Shown piece after piece: positions 46,933-60,789 of a DNA stretch of 64,000 nt. Each line of letters opens with the position of its first letter. Position 1 is the first letter of the stretch. The notes beneath the pieces were generated by a model. That model was not told the origin of the DNA, did not search any database, and was given only the letters and a program-made list of their open reading frames with translations. Source of the DNA: Octopus sinensis (Eukaryota); contig NC_043002.1 of NCBI RefSeq assembly GCF_006345805.1, positions 113,274,001-113,338,000 of the forward strand, read 5' to 3'. Made by a program: the position numbers and the translations under genes.

Positions 46933-47053
46933 TCACTGCTTGGAATCGAACTCGGAATCTTGGCGTTAGTAGCCCGCGCTCTAAACCACTACGCCATATG
47001 TCCGTGGGCTACTAACCCCAAGATTCCGAGTTCGATTCCAAGCACTGACCTGA
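46170..47053 (-). mobile_element. Second HH-type SINE (hammerhead region deleted, repeat E inserted in the AAT tract, inverted head duplication)
   Basis: Tail end CAGTTCTATATTTAAGAGATGAGGAATTATGTAC at 46170 matches 4213. Head at 46928-46995; inverted partial head at 47006-47053. Confidence 0.7.
46312..46865. mobile_element. Unclassified 550-bp element E embedded in (ATT)n
   Basis: Complex non-coding block bounded sharply on both sides by ATT repeats. Single copy in this window, so repeat status is inferred. Confidence 0.5.
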
Positions 47054-47097
47054 ATAATAATAAAAATAATAATAATAATAAAATAATAATAATAATG

Positions 47098-47140
<43 letters not shown>

Positions 47141-47175
47141 TAATAATAATAGTAATAGTAATAATAATAATAATA

Positions 47176-47249
<74 letters not shown>

Positions 47250-47899
47250 TTCGGAATGGTCATTTTGCCAGTTTAGCCAATAAAAACACACGCACTATAT
47301 ATTTGGTGTTACTTTGTTTCAGTGTTATTTATTTTTTACATTAATCTTAATCTTATTTCGGCCAGAGTTCTTTCGTCACACTCCTGTTTTCATAATTATT
47401 TCGGTTTTCATGACAATTGTTTGCGACTACCACCCACGACATTCAATGCAGCTGCGCGTTGGCGTCTCGTTTCAGGGAAAGTTGAAAGGTTACCTGTAAT
47501 TTGGGTCTCATCATGTCTTGGAATATTTACACTTACATCCCTGAAATAAATTTTCAGAATTTTCCATATAAAACTGAGATTTGAAAAAATCGCGTTTCTT
47601 TTGCGGTTCAGCGTATAACTACCGCTAGACTTTATGGTATATAGTTTTATGTAATGTGACAAGTAGAATTGATTTATCTCTCACTTGATATTGATTTCTC
47701 TCATTAGTACAGGTTGTTTTGACCTGAACTAGATACTTTATGATGTCTGGTTGTATGTTTCTTTGCCTGATTACCAGTAATATAGAGGAAGTAGTCATAA
47801 AAATATCTTTATTACTGCTTTATGAGGTTTACAATCCACAACTTACTCCTCGGATTCTCGATTTTAATGTTGTCTCATTAAATCATTTCTACTTGTCAC

Positions 47900-48405
47900 T
47901 CGCCGTGCTCTCGGGCCTGTCCTCCCCGTCCGCAACCGTCAATCACGACTACAGTGGGCTACACAGCATCGACATTAGTGGCATCAACGATCAAGGTCGA
48001 TAGTCATCTCTGACGAGAGCTAGTACTGCGTTTCGACCTCGGATGGCAGAGTGAAGGTGTAGCGTAGGAGGGGTAAACGATACAGGGGTGGTCAAAGCAT
48101 CGTTGCTTGGGGTGCTATAGGCCTGAATCAGAGAATTAGGCGCTATGTGTTCCAAAATGTTGGTGCAGGCAGAGAGAATGCCATAAGAGCACAACGCTAC
48201 GTTGACCAGACCATAAGACCCCACATCGTGCCCTTCTTCGCGCGTCACCATAGCCACGTGTTCCATAGGACAATGCTTCCTCTCACACGGCCAGGATCAC
48301 CATGGACTTCTTGCGTCAGCACAACATCAGAACCATGCCGTGACCGGCTCTCGGCTCGGACTTGAACCCAATTGAACACCTGTGGGACGAAATCCAGAGA
48401 CCTGA
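47900..48405 (+). mobile_element. Degenerate Tc1 (DD34E-type) transposase fragment
   Basis: RNRQSRLQWATQHRH, ISDE, GGQSIVAWGAI, YVDQTIRPHIVPF, [Q]DNASSHTARIT, SDLNPIEHLWDEI across frameshifts. Confidence 0.85.
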
Positions 48406-48419
48406 TATATATATATATA

Positions 48420-49035
48420 TCAGGTCATCCCATAAGTTCTGTCCGATTTTACCCTTTTTAAAATTGGATGAATTTAAATAGTATTTTAGAATGTCTAATG
48501 GAATTAAAAATTATTTTTATTCATTTGTGTACATTTAAACTAATTAAATATTATTTTACAGAATTAAAATTTCTTTGATTAAAACCCTTTCTCAGTTTAT
48601 GGAAAAGAATGAAAGAGCATTTGAACCAAGCTTTGAAGAAAAAAAGACCCGCTTTAGTGAATCTAAAAGAAGTGATTTTTCATCAGGACAATGCACGACC
48701 CCAAAGATCACATCACAGGAGATCGAATAGAATGGGTGGGAAAAATTTCCTCATCCACCTTATTCTCTCGACCTTGCTCCTTCAGACTACTATTTGTTTC
48801 GTAGTTTACAGAATCATTTGGGGGACATAACTTTCGCAAGCCAGGAGGAGATCGAAACTGACATTTCAGAGTCCCTCGCTTTGAAACCAAAAGAGTTTTA
48901 CATTGATGGGAAAAACAAAGCTTCTAAATAGATGTAAGGAAGTCATAGATAATCAGGGAATATTCAATTCAATATAACATTTGATCACTTGTTTTCTTTA
49001 TTCAAAATTCGGACAGAACATATGGGATGACCTGA
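48420..49035 (+). mobile_element. Internally deleted mariner with both TIRs
   Basis: TCAGGTCATCCCATAAGTTCTGTCCGA / TCGGACAGAACATATGGGATGACCTGA, TA flanks. VIFHQDNARP, PHPPYSLDLAPSDYYLFRSL. Confidence 0.92.
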
Positions 49036-49059
49036 TATATATACATATATCTTTTATCT

Positions 49060-49335
49060 TTCGCTTGTTTCAATCATTTGACTGTGGCCATACTGGGACA
49101 CCGCCTTAAAATTTTAGTCGAATGTATCGACCCCAGTACTTATCTTTTATATATATATATATATAGATATATATATATATGGCTAGCTTAATTCAGTTTC
49201 CGTCAACCAAATCCACAGACAAGACTTTGGTCGGCTCGTAGCTATAGTAGAAGACATTTGACTTAGGTGCCACGCAGTGAGGCTGAACGCGGAACCATTT
49301 GGTTGAGAAGCAAGTTTCTTACCACACAGCCACAC
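49060..49335 (-). mobile_element. SINE A, internally deleted
   Basis: Tail at 49060-49145 and head at 49195-49335. Confidence 0.75.
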
Positions 49336-50424
49336 ACACACTCACACATATATAAAAACATACACACAGATATATAACTGCACATATATATATTTATGTA
49401 TATTTCATTGTGTTCATGTGTGTGTGTGTGAGTACACATATCAATAGAGCCATTCACATATGTGTGTATCTTGTATTTGTGTGTGTGTGTGTGTGTGTGT
49501 GTGTGGTGTTGTGTGTGTGTGTATGTGAACATGTTTGTCGGCAGTAGTTTTTTCTTTTCTTTGTTTGAAACGAACTTCATAATATAAACACACATATAAT
49601 TTCTTACGTCAAATATTTAGTACGAGCTTAGTGAATTTCTAATACGTTTCAAACTATATTTCCCATGGTTTCAACTATTTTAATGCATCATAATAGCATC
49701 AGATTTTAATTTCAACGATCTAATTATGCTGATTTTATATTTATAATAACGAACTCATAGTGTGCAGGAAATATTTAGTTCCCCAATTGTTCCATTTTGG
49801 TGTAGTATTTCATGGTTACTTGCTGAGCAATAGATTTTGGTTTCTGGAACCAAACTGGAACTGCAATATCCCTGTAGCGAAGGTAAGTGGTGGTGGTGGT
49901 GATGGTGAGCGGCCCAATCCGGGTGACCTTTTATGAGGGCAGCATTTTAGGTCTGCTGTATAAGCCCTGTATAAGGGGCGGGTGAGGGCCGTCTTAGCAG
50001 CATTATTGGCACTTGGGTTTTATAGTGTTTATTGAGACCAAGCCACAGCAAACAGATCAGAATTGGGACCCGGAACCTGTGAGGTCCCCGGGCAACCGCG
50101 CAGTGTGCCCATGACATGAGACTGCACTGAGCGTGGTAAAGAGGGATGGAAAACTCAAAGACTGCCCTGGGCTGCTCACAATCTAGTTACACTACCGCAG
50201 TAACCCGATATCTTTTGTTCATAAGTTGATTGTAATTACTCATTCACCCACCTGCGTCCTTTCTACAGGTGTGTCATTCATGGAGTAAGCAGCATTGGTA
50301 TAGGACACTGAGAGACTGTTTTTGTATTGAAAGTACGGGATGGGTTTTGGTAACTTGATAATTGTTTAGTATGAAAAAATGTATGAAGTATATAAAGAAA
50401 ATGGGAAATGTATACCAACGTGTG

Positions 50425-50459
<35 letters not shown>

Positions 50460-50469
50460 GTATGTGTGT

Positions 50470-51645
50470 AGGCGTGGCTGAGTGATTACAAGTTTGCTTC
50501 CCAACCACATAGTTCGAGGTTTAGTCCCACTGCGTAGCACCTTCAGCAAGTGTCATCTACTATAGCCGCAGGCCGGCCAAGACCTTGTGAGTGGATTTGG
50601 TAGATGGAAGGTGGAAGTACACAGTCATGTGTGTGTGTGTGTGTGTGTAGGCGTGGCTGAGTGGTAACAATTTTGCTTCCCAACCACATGGTTCCAAGTT
50701 CAGTCCCATTTCATGGAACCTTGAATATGTGTCAACTACGAAAAGATAAACGATGTTTCGCTTATAACATTCATAGAAATTTGATTTTATAATAATATGT
50801 TTTAGTTTAATTTTATCGAAAATGTTTCCATATTGCTTCAAACTTGATTTTATTTTTAAAATCTTTATCGATCGTGTAAAATCATTAACTTTCCTGATAT
50901 CGTTCGAGGTAATTTCACACTATTTTAAGTATAGAAATACTTAAGTGCAGAGATGGCTGTGTGGTTAAGAAACTCATTTCGCAACCATGTGTTTTAGTGA
51001 TCAGTCTAACTGCACGGTACCTTGGACAAGTGTTTTTTTCTAAAGTCCCAAGCCGACCAGTAAGTGAATTTGGTAATCCTGTCATGTATATTCTTTTATA
51101 TGTTTCAGTCATTTGACTGCGGCTATGCTGGAGCACCGCCTTTAGTCGAACAAATCTACCCAAGGACTTATTCTTTGTAAGACTAGTACTTATTCTATCG
51201 GTTTCTTTTGCCGAACCACTAAGTTACGGGGACGTAAACACACCAACATCGGTTGTCAAGCGATGGTAGGGGAACAAACGCAGGCACTCAAACATATACA
51301 TATATATATATATATATATTTTTTTTTTCTGGTTTCAGCTCAGAGCTGCGATATATGTATACGAAGGGCTTCTTGCAGTTTCCGTCTACAAAATCCATTC
51401 ACAAGGGTTTGGTCAGCCCAAGTCTATAGTAGAATATATATAACTTTCATCTGTTTTAGTCATTAGATTGCAGCCATGCTGGAGCACTGCTTTGAAGAAT
51501 TTTAGGCGAATGAATCGACCTCAGTACTTATTTTTTTTAAACCCTGGTACTTATTCTATTGGTCTCTTTTTGCCGAACAGCTACGTTACGGGGACGTAAA
51601 CAAGCCAACACCGGGTCAAGCGGTGGTGGGGACAAACAGATACAC
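50470..51645. mobile_element. Cluster of at least five SINE A heads/tails in both orientations
   Basis: Heads at ~50470, ~50650 and ~50950 (+). Tail/body blocks at ~51100-51430 and ~51450-51645 (-). Confidence 0.75.
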
Positions 51646-51693
51646 AATAACACACACATACACACACATACACACACACACACACACACACAA

Positions 51694-51730
<37 letters not shown>

Positions 51731-51924
51731 CTACAGATGTGATCCAGAGATTTTCAGTATAGAAGACACTTGCTCAAAAGATGCAAACTGTAAAGACTCC
51801 GATGTCTTTACAGGGGATCATTCCACAAGGTAAAGAATGGCTATAAGAGGGATCAAGTTGAGTGGATATAGACGCAAATATGTGGATAAACAAATTAGAT
51901 ATATTAAATATAATAGTTTGGTTG

Positions 51925-52240
51925 CGCGTAAAATGCACCATTCGAGCGTGGTTGATGCTAGTGCCGCCTGAGTGGCCCCCGTGTCGGTGGCATGTAAAAA
52001 GCATCTACTACACTCTCGGAGTGGTTGGCGTTAGGAAGGGCATCCAGGTATAGAAATTATGCTCTATCAGATTGGAGCCTGGTGCAGCCTCCTAGCTTGC
52101 CTTGCCAGTCCTCAGTCAAACCGTCCAACCTGTGCCAGCATGGAAAGTGGACGTTAAACGACGACGAAGACGATGCTGATGGTAATGATGATGATGATGA
52201 TGATGATGATGATGGTGGTGGTGATGATGATGATGATGAC

Positions 52241-52310
<70 letters not shown>

Positions 52311-52348
52311 ATGATGATGATGATGATGATGATGATGACGACGACGAC

Positions 52349-52379
<31 letters not shown>

Positions 52380-52383
52380 GTGG

Positions 52384-52416
<33 letters not shown>

Positions 52417-52420
52417 CGAC

Positions 52421-52465
<45 letters not shown>
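51925..52465 (+). mobile_element. SINE/LINE-tail fragment ending in a long (GAT)n/(GGT)n tail
   Basis: GGCGTTAGGAAGGGCATCCAG..CCGTCCAACC..CATGGAAAGTGGACGTTAAACGACGA, then ~280 bp of GAT repeats. Confidence 0.7.
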
Positions 52466-52467
<2 letters not shown>

Positions 52468-53136
52468 CGACATATTTTTATACAGAACTCAGAACCAGCT
52501 CTGAAAGTTACAACCTTTAGTAAACAATGCGATCAAAAATAGAAAAAACAAAATAGGTATATACGCATCTTTCAAGAGTTAATGCTCTTTCATCAGCACC
52601 ATATCAATTAACACATCAATTATCCCCCAACGCATTACTTCAGTACCCACAATATTGACTTGTAAGCCTTTAATATACACGGTTTTAATATATTCGGAAA
52701 TAAGTAGTGGAGTCGATTTGTTTCGACTAAATACTTCAAAGCAGTGCCCCAGCATGGGCGTAGCCCAATGACTGAAACAAGTGAGAGAAAAAGCAAGTTG
52801 CAATCACGCAGAGTACAGCCACTCGTGTGCGGCTCATACGCTCCTCTCTATACACTTTCTGCAACTTTGCGTAGGCCTATGAGCAGGTATCGCTATGACA
52901 ACTTTCTCTGTCATAGTCGATGCCACGATCACACGCTACACGCCCTCCTTTCATGAACTGCTGTAAACAGTGAAAGTGAGCTAGAACGTTAAAACTTAAT
53001 CCACATGCACAGCAGAGTCTACGGTCAATCTGTGCCGAGCGGCTTTACTCTGCGTGCTTTACCTTCGTTACTATGGCGACAGTCCGGATACTTATTGATC
53101 AGACCACGTATAAGTATATGACAATCCCTTTTTATA

Positions 53137-53538
53137 TTTACTCTTTTACTTGTTTCAGTCATTTGACTGCGGCCATGCTGGAGCACTGCCTTTAGTCGAA
53201 CAAATCGACCCCAGGACTTATTCTTTGTAAGCCCAGTGCTTATTCTATCGGTCTCTTTTGCCGAACCGCTAAGTGACGGGGACGTAAACACACCAGCATC
53301 GGTTGTCAAGCGATGTTGGGGGGGGGGACAGACACAGACACACACACACACACATATATATATATACATATATACGACAGGCTTCTTTCAGTTTCCGTCT
53401 ACCAAATCCACTCACACGGGATTGGTCGGCCCGGGGCTATAGCAGAAGACACTTGCCCAAGATGCCACGCAGTGGGACTGAACCCGGAACCATGTGGTTG
53501 GTAAGCAAGCTACTTACCACACAGCCACTCCTGCGCCT
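53137..53538 (-). mobile_element. SINE A, full length
   Basis: Complete reverse-complement copy. Confidence 0.93.
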
Positions 53539-54396
53539 ATATATATATATATTTATTTACATTTTTTGAAGATATAGAGAAAATATAAAGTGAGTAATGA
53601 GAGAAATGTTTGAATAAAAGTTCGAGAGAAACAATACTAAATCATACGTGTTTGACATCTGTGTAAGTCATTTTCAGATTCCACTCCAAAAACAACAGTT
53701 TAAAGCTCTTTCCCTTCCACATAAACAAACGCTCAATGTAATAACTTTATTAGTATCAACTCAAACATTGATAATTTACTCTAGAGGATACTCTGTGTTT
53801 GTATAAACATTCATGAGAACAAGCCACTCTAGTGAAAATAATAGAAATTAACGCTTTGTTGAACAAATCGTACTGACTGAAAGCGTTGAACTTTATATAT
53901 CAAAAGCAGACATATTAAACTAGAATAGATAGTGTTAGACGTACACATGGGGTAGATATAGAGCGATATAAAAAAATAAGGTGGAGAGCATAGGAAGAAA
54001 GAAGGGGTGAAAGAAAATAAGAAAAGAAAATTTGATGTTAGATTTTCTGAACTTATTCTCCTGAATTATTTCTAATGCGATGTGAGTGGAAGAAAGGTAT
54101 TTCTTACGTAAATGCGTTATTTGCATACAGGAATTTCAAAACAAAACAGTTTAGTATAATATATTTAACTAAAATATGATGGACATAATTTTCACTTCGA
54201 ATACTTCGCAAGAAATCTCTAAGGGAACTTGTGGAGTATGTTTTAATGTTTTTATCAAGAATATATAGACATATTTCAAATGTGTTTTTACTTTTTTAAA
54301 TCTTTATTGATGGTGTACAAGTATTAACATTTTCGAATTGCGTTCGAGATAACTTCACGTTATTTTAAATAATAAACCTTTCTACTATAGGCACAA

Positions 54397-54397
<1 letters not shown>

Positions 54398-54492
<95 letters not shown>

Positions 54493-54503
54493 ATATATAT
54501 ATT

Positions 54504-54534
<31 letters not shown>

Positions 54535-54597
54535 ATATATATATATATTTATATATATATATATATATATCTATATATATATATATATATATATATA

Positions 54598-54674
<77 letters not shown>

Positions 54675-54786
54675 TGTATGTATGTATGTATGTATGTATG
54701 TATGAAAAGCCTGAGAACAGAAGTTCTTTTCTTTCGCAATGGAAATTGAGCCTGCAAAAATCGTATCATTTATACATACCATATAT

Positions 54787-54867
<81 letters not shown>

Positions 54868-54910
54868 TACATGTATATATTTGTATGTATGTATGTATGT
54901 ATGTATGTAT
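54398..54910. repeat. (TA)n, (TATG)n and (CA)n compound microsatellites
   Basis: Direct reading. Confidence 0.95.
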
Positions 54911-55029
54911 GTATGTATATGTCTATACACACACACGAATGCTAAAGATGAACAGTCGCAGTTAAATACAAAACATGTTACGAAAGCAGAAATCCGTCAA
55001 ATTATATGTGCAATTACGTCATAGTATAA

Positions 55030-55510
55030 ATTCTTTATTATGATTATAAAAAATCGTTACAAAGACAGGACATTACAGTACAAAACATAATTACAAAAAA
55101 GTTATGTAGTTCGTTTGATATTTACAGATATTGAGTATTAATTATAATACTAGACTTCACTTTTCTCCCCCTTTTTTTAAAAAAATAAATTTGGACGGAT
55201 AAGTATATCACAGTATAGATTGTTACCCGACAGCATAAAAGCCCAGAGACTATTTTCTCCTTTCATGATGACTAAGCAGGGTTACACACACCCACCTTTT
55301 TTATCACATCCTTCCATCGATTCACATACTTTTTCTGTGTCAGGTTCCTCTTCTCCAAATCCATCTTGCTCTTCAGATGGTATCTGAAGTATTTTAACAG
55401 ACCATAGCTAGAGACAAAGGATCCTGTCACCAAACCTTCCATTCTAGTTCTCCACACATACTCTTTCAGTACTGCCACCGTACAGTGATCTGCCTCCCAG
55501 TTAGACATAT
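55030..55510 (-). mobile_element. Tx1-clade 3' fragment (another subfamily)
   Basis: AVLKEYVWRTRMEGL..LKYFRYHLKSKMDLEKRNL..YVNRW is homologous to AMAKECIWWTRLKGL..FKYHLKRKVRVERQ..FKKRW. Ends AATAAAGAAT. Confidence 0.8.
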
Positions 55511-55527
55511 CACCACTTATTATTACT

Positions 55528-55795
55528 AAGGCAGCGAGCTGGCAGAGTCGTTACCGCGCCGGGCAAAATGCTTAGCGGCATTTCGTCTGCCTTTACGTTC
55601 TGAGTTCCAATTCCGCCAGGGTCGACTTTACCTTTCATCCTAAGTACCAGTTGAACACTGGGGTGTTGACTTTGACTTTCATCCTTTCAGGCTCGATAAA
55701 TTAAGTACCTGTGAAACACTGGGGTCGATGTAATTGACTAGTCCCCTCCCAACACACAAATTTCAGGCCTTGTACCTATAGTAGAAAGGTTTATT
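55528..55795 (+). mobile_element. SINE C-headed variant with duplicated central domain and a different tail ending in (ATT)n
   Basis: GGCAGCGAGCTGGCAG head; CTTTCATCC..AAGTACC occurs twice; tail CAGGCCTTGTACCTATAGTAGAAAGG (also seen reversed at 54369-54397). Confidence 0.75.
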
Positions 55796-55977
55796 ATTAT
55801 TATTATTATCATTATTATTATCATTATTATATTTTTTATATATTAAAAAAGGATTGACGTAACTCTTCACAAAGGTAAACAGTCAAGACGAAGAGCGCGA
55901 TTCGATTGTAAGATATTTTGTTGGTTGAACGATATTTCAACAGTACGTCTGTCTTTGTCAAGTTCAAAATAAGAAGT

Positions 55978-56036
55978 GATTATTATTACTATTATTATTA
56001 TTATTATTATCATTATTATTATTATTATTATTATTA

Positions 56037-56067
<31 letters not shown>

Positions 56068-56182
56068 CATTATTATCATATTTTTATTATTATTATTATC
56101 ATTATTATACTATTATTATTATTATTATTATCATTATTATATTATCATTATTTCATTATATATTATTATTATATTATTATTA

Positions 56183-56221
<39 letters not shown>
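55978..56221. repeat. (ATT)n microsatellite, followed by a degenerate SINE C at 56218-56370 and (TACA)n to 56570
   Basis: Direct reading. Confidence 0.9.
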
Positions 56222-56367
56222 GCACACCGGACAAAATGCCTAGCGTTATTACGCTGAATTCAAATTCGCCGAGGTCGACTTCGCCTTTCTTCTTTTCGAG
56301 GTCGATAACTCAAGTACCAATGAAACTCTTGGGTCTATGTAATCGATTTATCCTCTCCTCCAGAAAT

Positions 56368-56398
<31 letters not shown>

Positions 56399-57202
56399 GC
56401 ATACATACATACATACACACACATACATACATACATACATACACACACACATACATACATACATACATACATACATACATACATACATACATACATACAT
56501 ACATACATACATACATACATACATACGTACATACATACGTACACACATACGTACATACATATATATGTGTGTATGTGTGTGTGCTTGTGTGTGCGTGTGT
56601 ATGTGTGTAATTCTAATAAATGAAAAATCGCTAGAATTTTGATGAATCCCTATAGTTTTGCAATGCAAATAATTGTTAGTCGTAGCCCTCTCTCTACACC
56701 TTAGTACGATTGATACGTTAATAGAAAATTGTAGGCCTTGAAACTGGAAGGCCTCTGGTAGTAGTGCTTAATGACCCCCGAGTTCTTCTGATGAAAACAT
56801 CAGAGCGAACAGTAAAGCATAACTTATATAAATGCTGCCTGATGGAGGTAATTGTTGGACGATTAGAGAGATAGCTTTAATCGATCATTCTTACATCGCT
56901 AAAATCTCGTATGACACTTGTGAAATAAGAGATGCTTGTCTTTTTTACTACTTTAAAAGGAAAAGAGGAAATCGATAGTTAACAGGAAGAAAGAACAATT
57001 TTATCATTTAGCTAGGATAGTGGCAAGAATACCTATGTGGTAAGAACTTTGCTTCCCCATCACATGCTTTCGGGTTCAATACCACTGCATGGCACCTTCA
57101 ACGAGTGTCTTCTATTATAACCACGAACTGACCAAATCCTTGTACGTGGATTTGAGAGGCGGAAAAGAATCCCTTCGTATATATGTATATATATATATAT
57201 AT

Positions 57203-57433
57203 ATTTCTTTACTACCCACAAGGGGCTAAACACGGAGAGGACAAACAACGACAGTCAAACGGATTAAGTCGATTACATCGACCCCAGTGCGTAACTGGTA
57301 CTTAATTTAGCGACCTCGAAAGGATGAAAAGCAAAGTCGACCTCGGCGGAATTTGAACTCAGAACGTAACGACAGACGAAATACCGCTAAGCATTTCGCT
57401 CGGCGCGCTAACGTTTCTGCCAGCTCGCCGCCT
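57203..57433 (-). mobile_element. SINE C inserted into the TA tract of a diverged SINE A (head at ~57020-57200, + strand)
   Basis: Full-length C copy with TA repeats on both sides. Confidence 0.9.
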
Positions 57434-57489
57434 ATATATGTATATGTGTGTGTGTGTGTGGCGTGTGTGGTGTGTGTGTGTGTGTGTGT

Positions 57490-57589
57490 NNNNNNNNNNN
57501 NNNNNNNNNNNNNNNNNNNNNNNNNNNNNNNNNNNNNNNNNNNNNNNNNNNNNNNNNNNNNNNNNNNNNNNNNNNNNNNNNNNNNNNNN
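57490..57589. other. Assembly gap (100 N)
   Basis: Run of N. Confidence 1.
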
Positions 57590-58254
57590 ATACATACATA
57601 CATACATATACATACATACATACATACATACGTACATACATGAATACTACATGCATACATACATACATACATGCATACATACATACATACATACATACAT
57701 ACATACGTACGTACGTACATACATACGTACATACATGAATAGATACATACATACAAACGTACATACATACATACATACATACATACATACATACATACAT
57801 ACGTACATACATGCATACATACATACGTACATACATACATACATACATACATACATACATACATACATACATACATACATACATACATACATGCATACAT
57901 CCATACATACATGCATACATACATACATACATACATACATACATACTTACATACATACATACATACATACACACATACATACATACATACGTACATACAT
58001 ACATACATACATACGTACATACATACATACATACATACATACATACATACATACATACATACATACATACGTACATACATACATACATACATACATACGT
58101 ACATACAAACATACATACATACATACATACGTACGTACGTACATACATACATACATACATACATACGTACATACATGAATACTTACATGCATACATACGT
58201 ACATACATGCATACATACATGCATACATACATACATACATCCATACATGCATAC

Positions 58255-58285
<31 letters not shown>

Positions 58286-59080
58286 CGGACGTATATACAT
58301 ACGTACATACATGAATACATACATACATACATACATACATACATACGTACATACATGAATACATACATACATACATACATACATACATACATACATGCAT
58401 GCATGCATACATACATACATACATACATACATACATACATACATACATACATACATACATACGTACATACATGAATACTTACATGCATACATACACACAT
58501 ACATACATACATACATACATACATACATACATACATACATACATACATACATACATACATACGTACATACATGCATACATACGTACGTACATACATGCAT
58601 ACGTACATACATACATACATACATGCATACATACATACATACATGCATACATACATACATACATACATACTTACATACATACATACATACATACATACGT
58701 ACATATATACATACATACATACATACATACGTACATACATACATACATACATACCTACATACATACATACATACATACATACATACTTACGTACATACAT
58801 ACATACATACATACATACATACATACATACATACATACATACATACAACGTACGTACATACATACATACATTCATACATACATACATACATACGTACATA
58901 CATACATACATACATACATACGTACATACATACATACATACATGCATACATACATACATACATGCATACATATATACATACATACATACATACGTACGTA
59001 CATACATACGTACATACATACATACATACATACATACATGCATACATACATACGTACATGTATTGCCACTGGAACTGTAA
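57590..59080. repeat. ~1.5-kb (TACA)n array with recurrent variant units
   Basis: Direct reading. Confidence 0.95.
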
Positions 59081-59885
59081 AAATTTGTAAAACTTCCCAG
59101 AAGTTCATCATGTAAGTATATATGAACATGTGTAGACATGCAACTATATGCATAAGAATACATACATGAAACAAAACATAGAAATCTACACATGCGTCAC
59201 AAATACTGTAGACATGCGTCCATGCGAAAAAACCTTGATGTTATTGAAATCTCCATGAAGAAACCTAGTATCTTGGTCAGAATGCTGCTCTTTCTCTATC
59301 GGCAGGAATTCTTGAAATAAAGCTGAATAATGACAAACATACGCACATACATGCAGGAATGCATCTTCAAGGTCTCAAAATTTTCACAATCTGTTACTCT
59401 GAGTTTCTCGTTGCTGTTCATCAGACAGTTTTTGCTAGAATGGAACCGATATATCAATTCAATCTAGACTCTTACAAACGCTACACCTTTAAAAAAAATG
59501 GACTTGTTTGATTGGCCCTTTAGAAAAAACGGTCAATCTTCGAGCGATAAACAAAAAGGTCAAAAATATATGTATATATATATATATACATATAATCTTA
59601 TAAAAATTATAAAATTCGAGGAAAAAAACCTTACATTGAATAAAATACATATTGACACTAATGAAGAAAGTATAATTAAAGCATAGAAATTAAACCTATT
59701 ATAAATATTACAGTTCCACGAAAGACAGATCGAACGTTTTTGCAGACTATGTAAAGTCAAAACTGAAGGCATTAGCCAGACCATTGCCCACTGTCTTAGA
59801 ATGTCTTCCACAACACTAACATCTGATCAGGATAAGATGAAACAAAATAAGAAAAATTAAAACGAAAGGAGAGAATTAAAACTAA

Positions 59886-60275
59886 AGGCGCAGGAGTGGC
59901 TGCGTGGTAAGTAGCTTGTTTACCAACCACATGGTTCTGGGTTCAGTCCCACTGTGTGGCACCTTGGGCAAGTGTCTTCTGCTATAGCCCCGGGCAGACC
60001 AAAGCCTTGTGAGTGGATTTGGTAGACGGAAACTGAAAAGAAGCCCGTCGTATATATATATGTGCGTGTATGTTTGTGTCCCCCTAGCATTGCTTGACAA
60101 CCGATGCTGGTGTGTTTATGTCCCCCGTTACCTAGCGGTTTGGCAAATGAGACCGATAGAATAAGTACTGGGCTTACAAAAGAATAAGTCCCGGGGTTGA
60201 GTTGCTCGATTAAAGGCGGTGCTCCAGCATGGCCACAGTCAAATGACTGAAACAAGTAAAATAGTAAGAGTAAAG
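59886..60275 (+). mobile_element. SINE A, full length
   Basis: Complete head, body and tail. Confidence 0.93.
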
Positions 60276-60789
60276 AAAATACTGAGAATGATGAATCAAA
60301 AGAATTATAAACAATGAAATTAAAACACGACCGACCCAATAATGTTGTTTGGCATCAGACACAATACAAAGAAACATGTTTTGTGTAAGCCAGATGTCTA
60401 CTTGATGTCGATGTAGTAAGACGGGAGGAAGAAGAAACTATATTTTATCACCGACGGTGAGTTTGTAGCCAGAATACACATTCAGTTTTATCTTTATTAT
60501 AAATAGAGCAACATTAAAGGTAATTCATCTGGATTGTGATACTGAGCTGGGATTCTTTAAGAAAGAACTTTGCCCTGTAATTCACACGCTACAGACGGTT
60601 GTAATATTTGATTCACATGTTTGTATATCTAAAAAATCTTCGTAAAATTTAAGGGTGAATAAAGGGTGATGAGAAGATCCAATTTCGTATGTATTGTTTG
60701 TTTTTTTTTGCCAGCGAACAGAGCATCTACCAATGTATGGATACCTTTCTTTTCTTCCTAAATTGAGTTTTTAAAACTCCAGTTAGAAA

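Noticed and set aside
49830-49870. Resemblance to immunoglobulin J motif FGxGTKLE
   Set aside because: Requires a frameshift, has no recombination signal or V/C context, and is implausible for this lineage.
57307-59193. Many long ORFs (MYVCMYVC.., HTYIHTYI..) here and at 27085-27646, 40780-41359 and 60727-61241
   Set aside because: Translations of (TACA)n repeats that lack stop codons in several frames; not genes.
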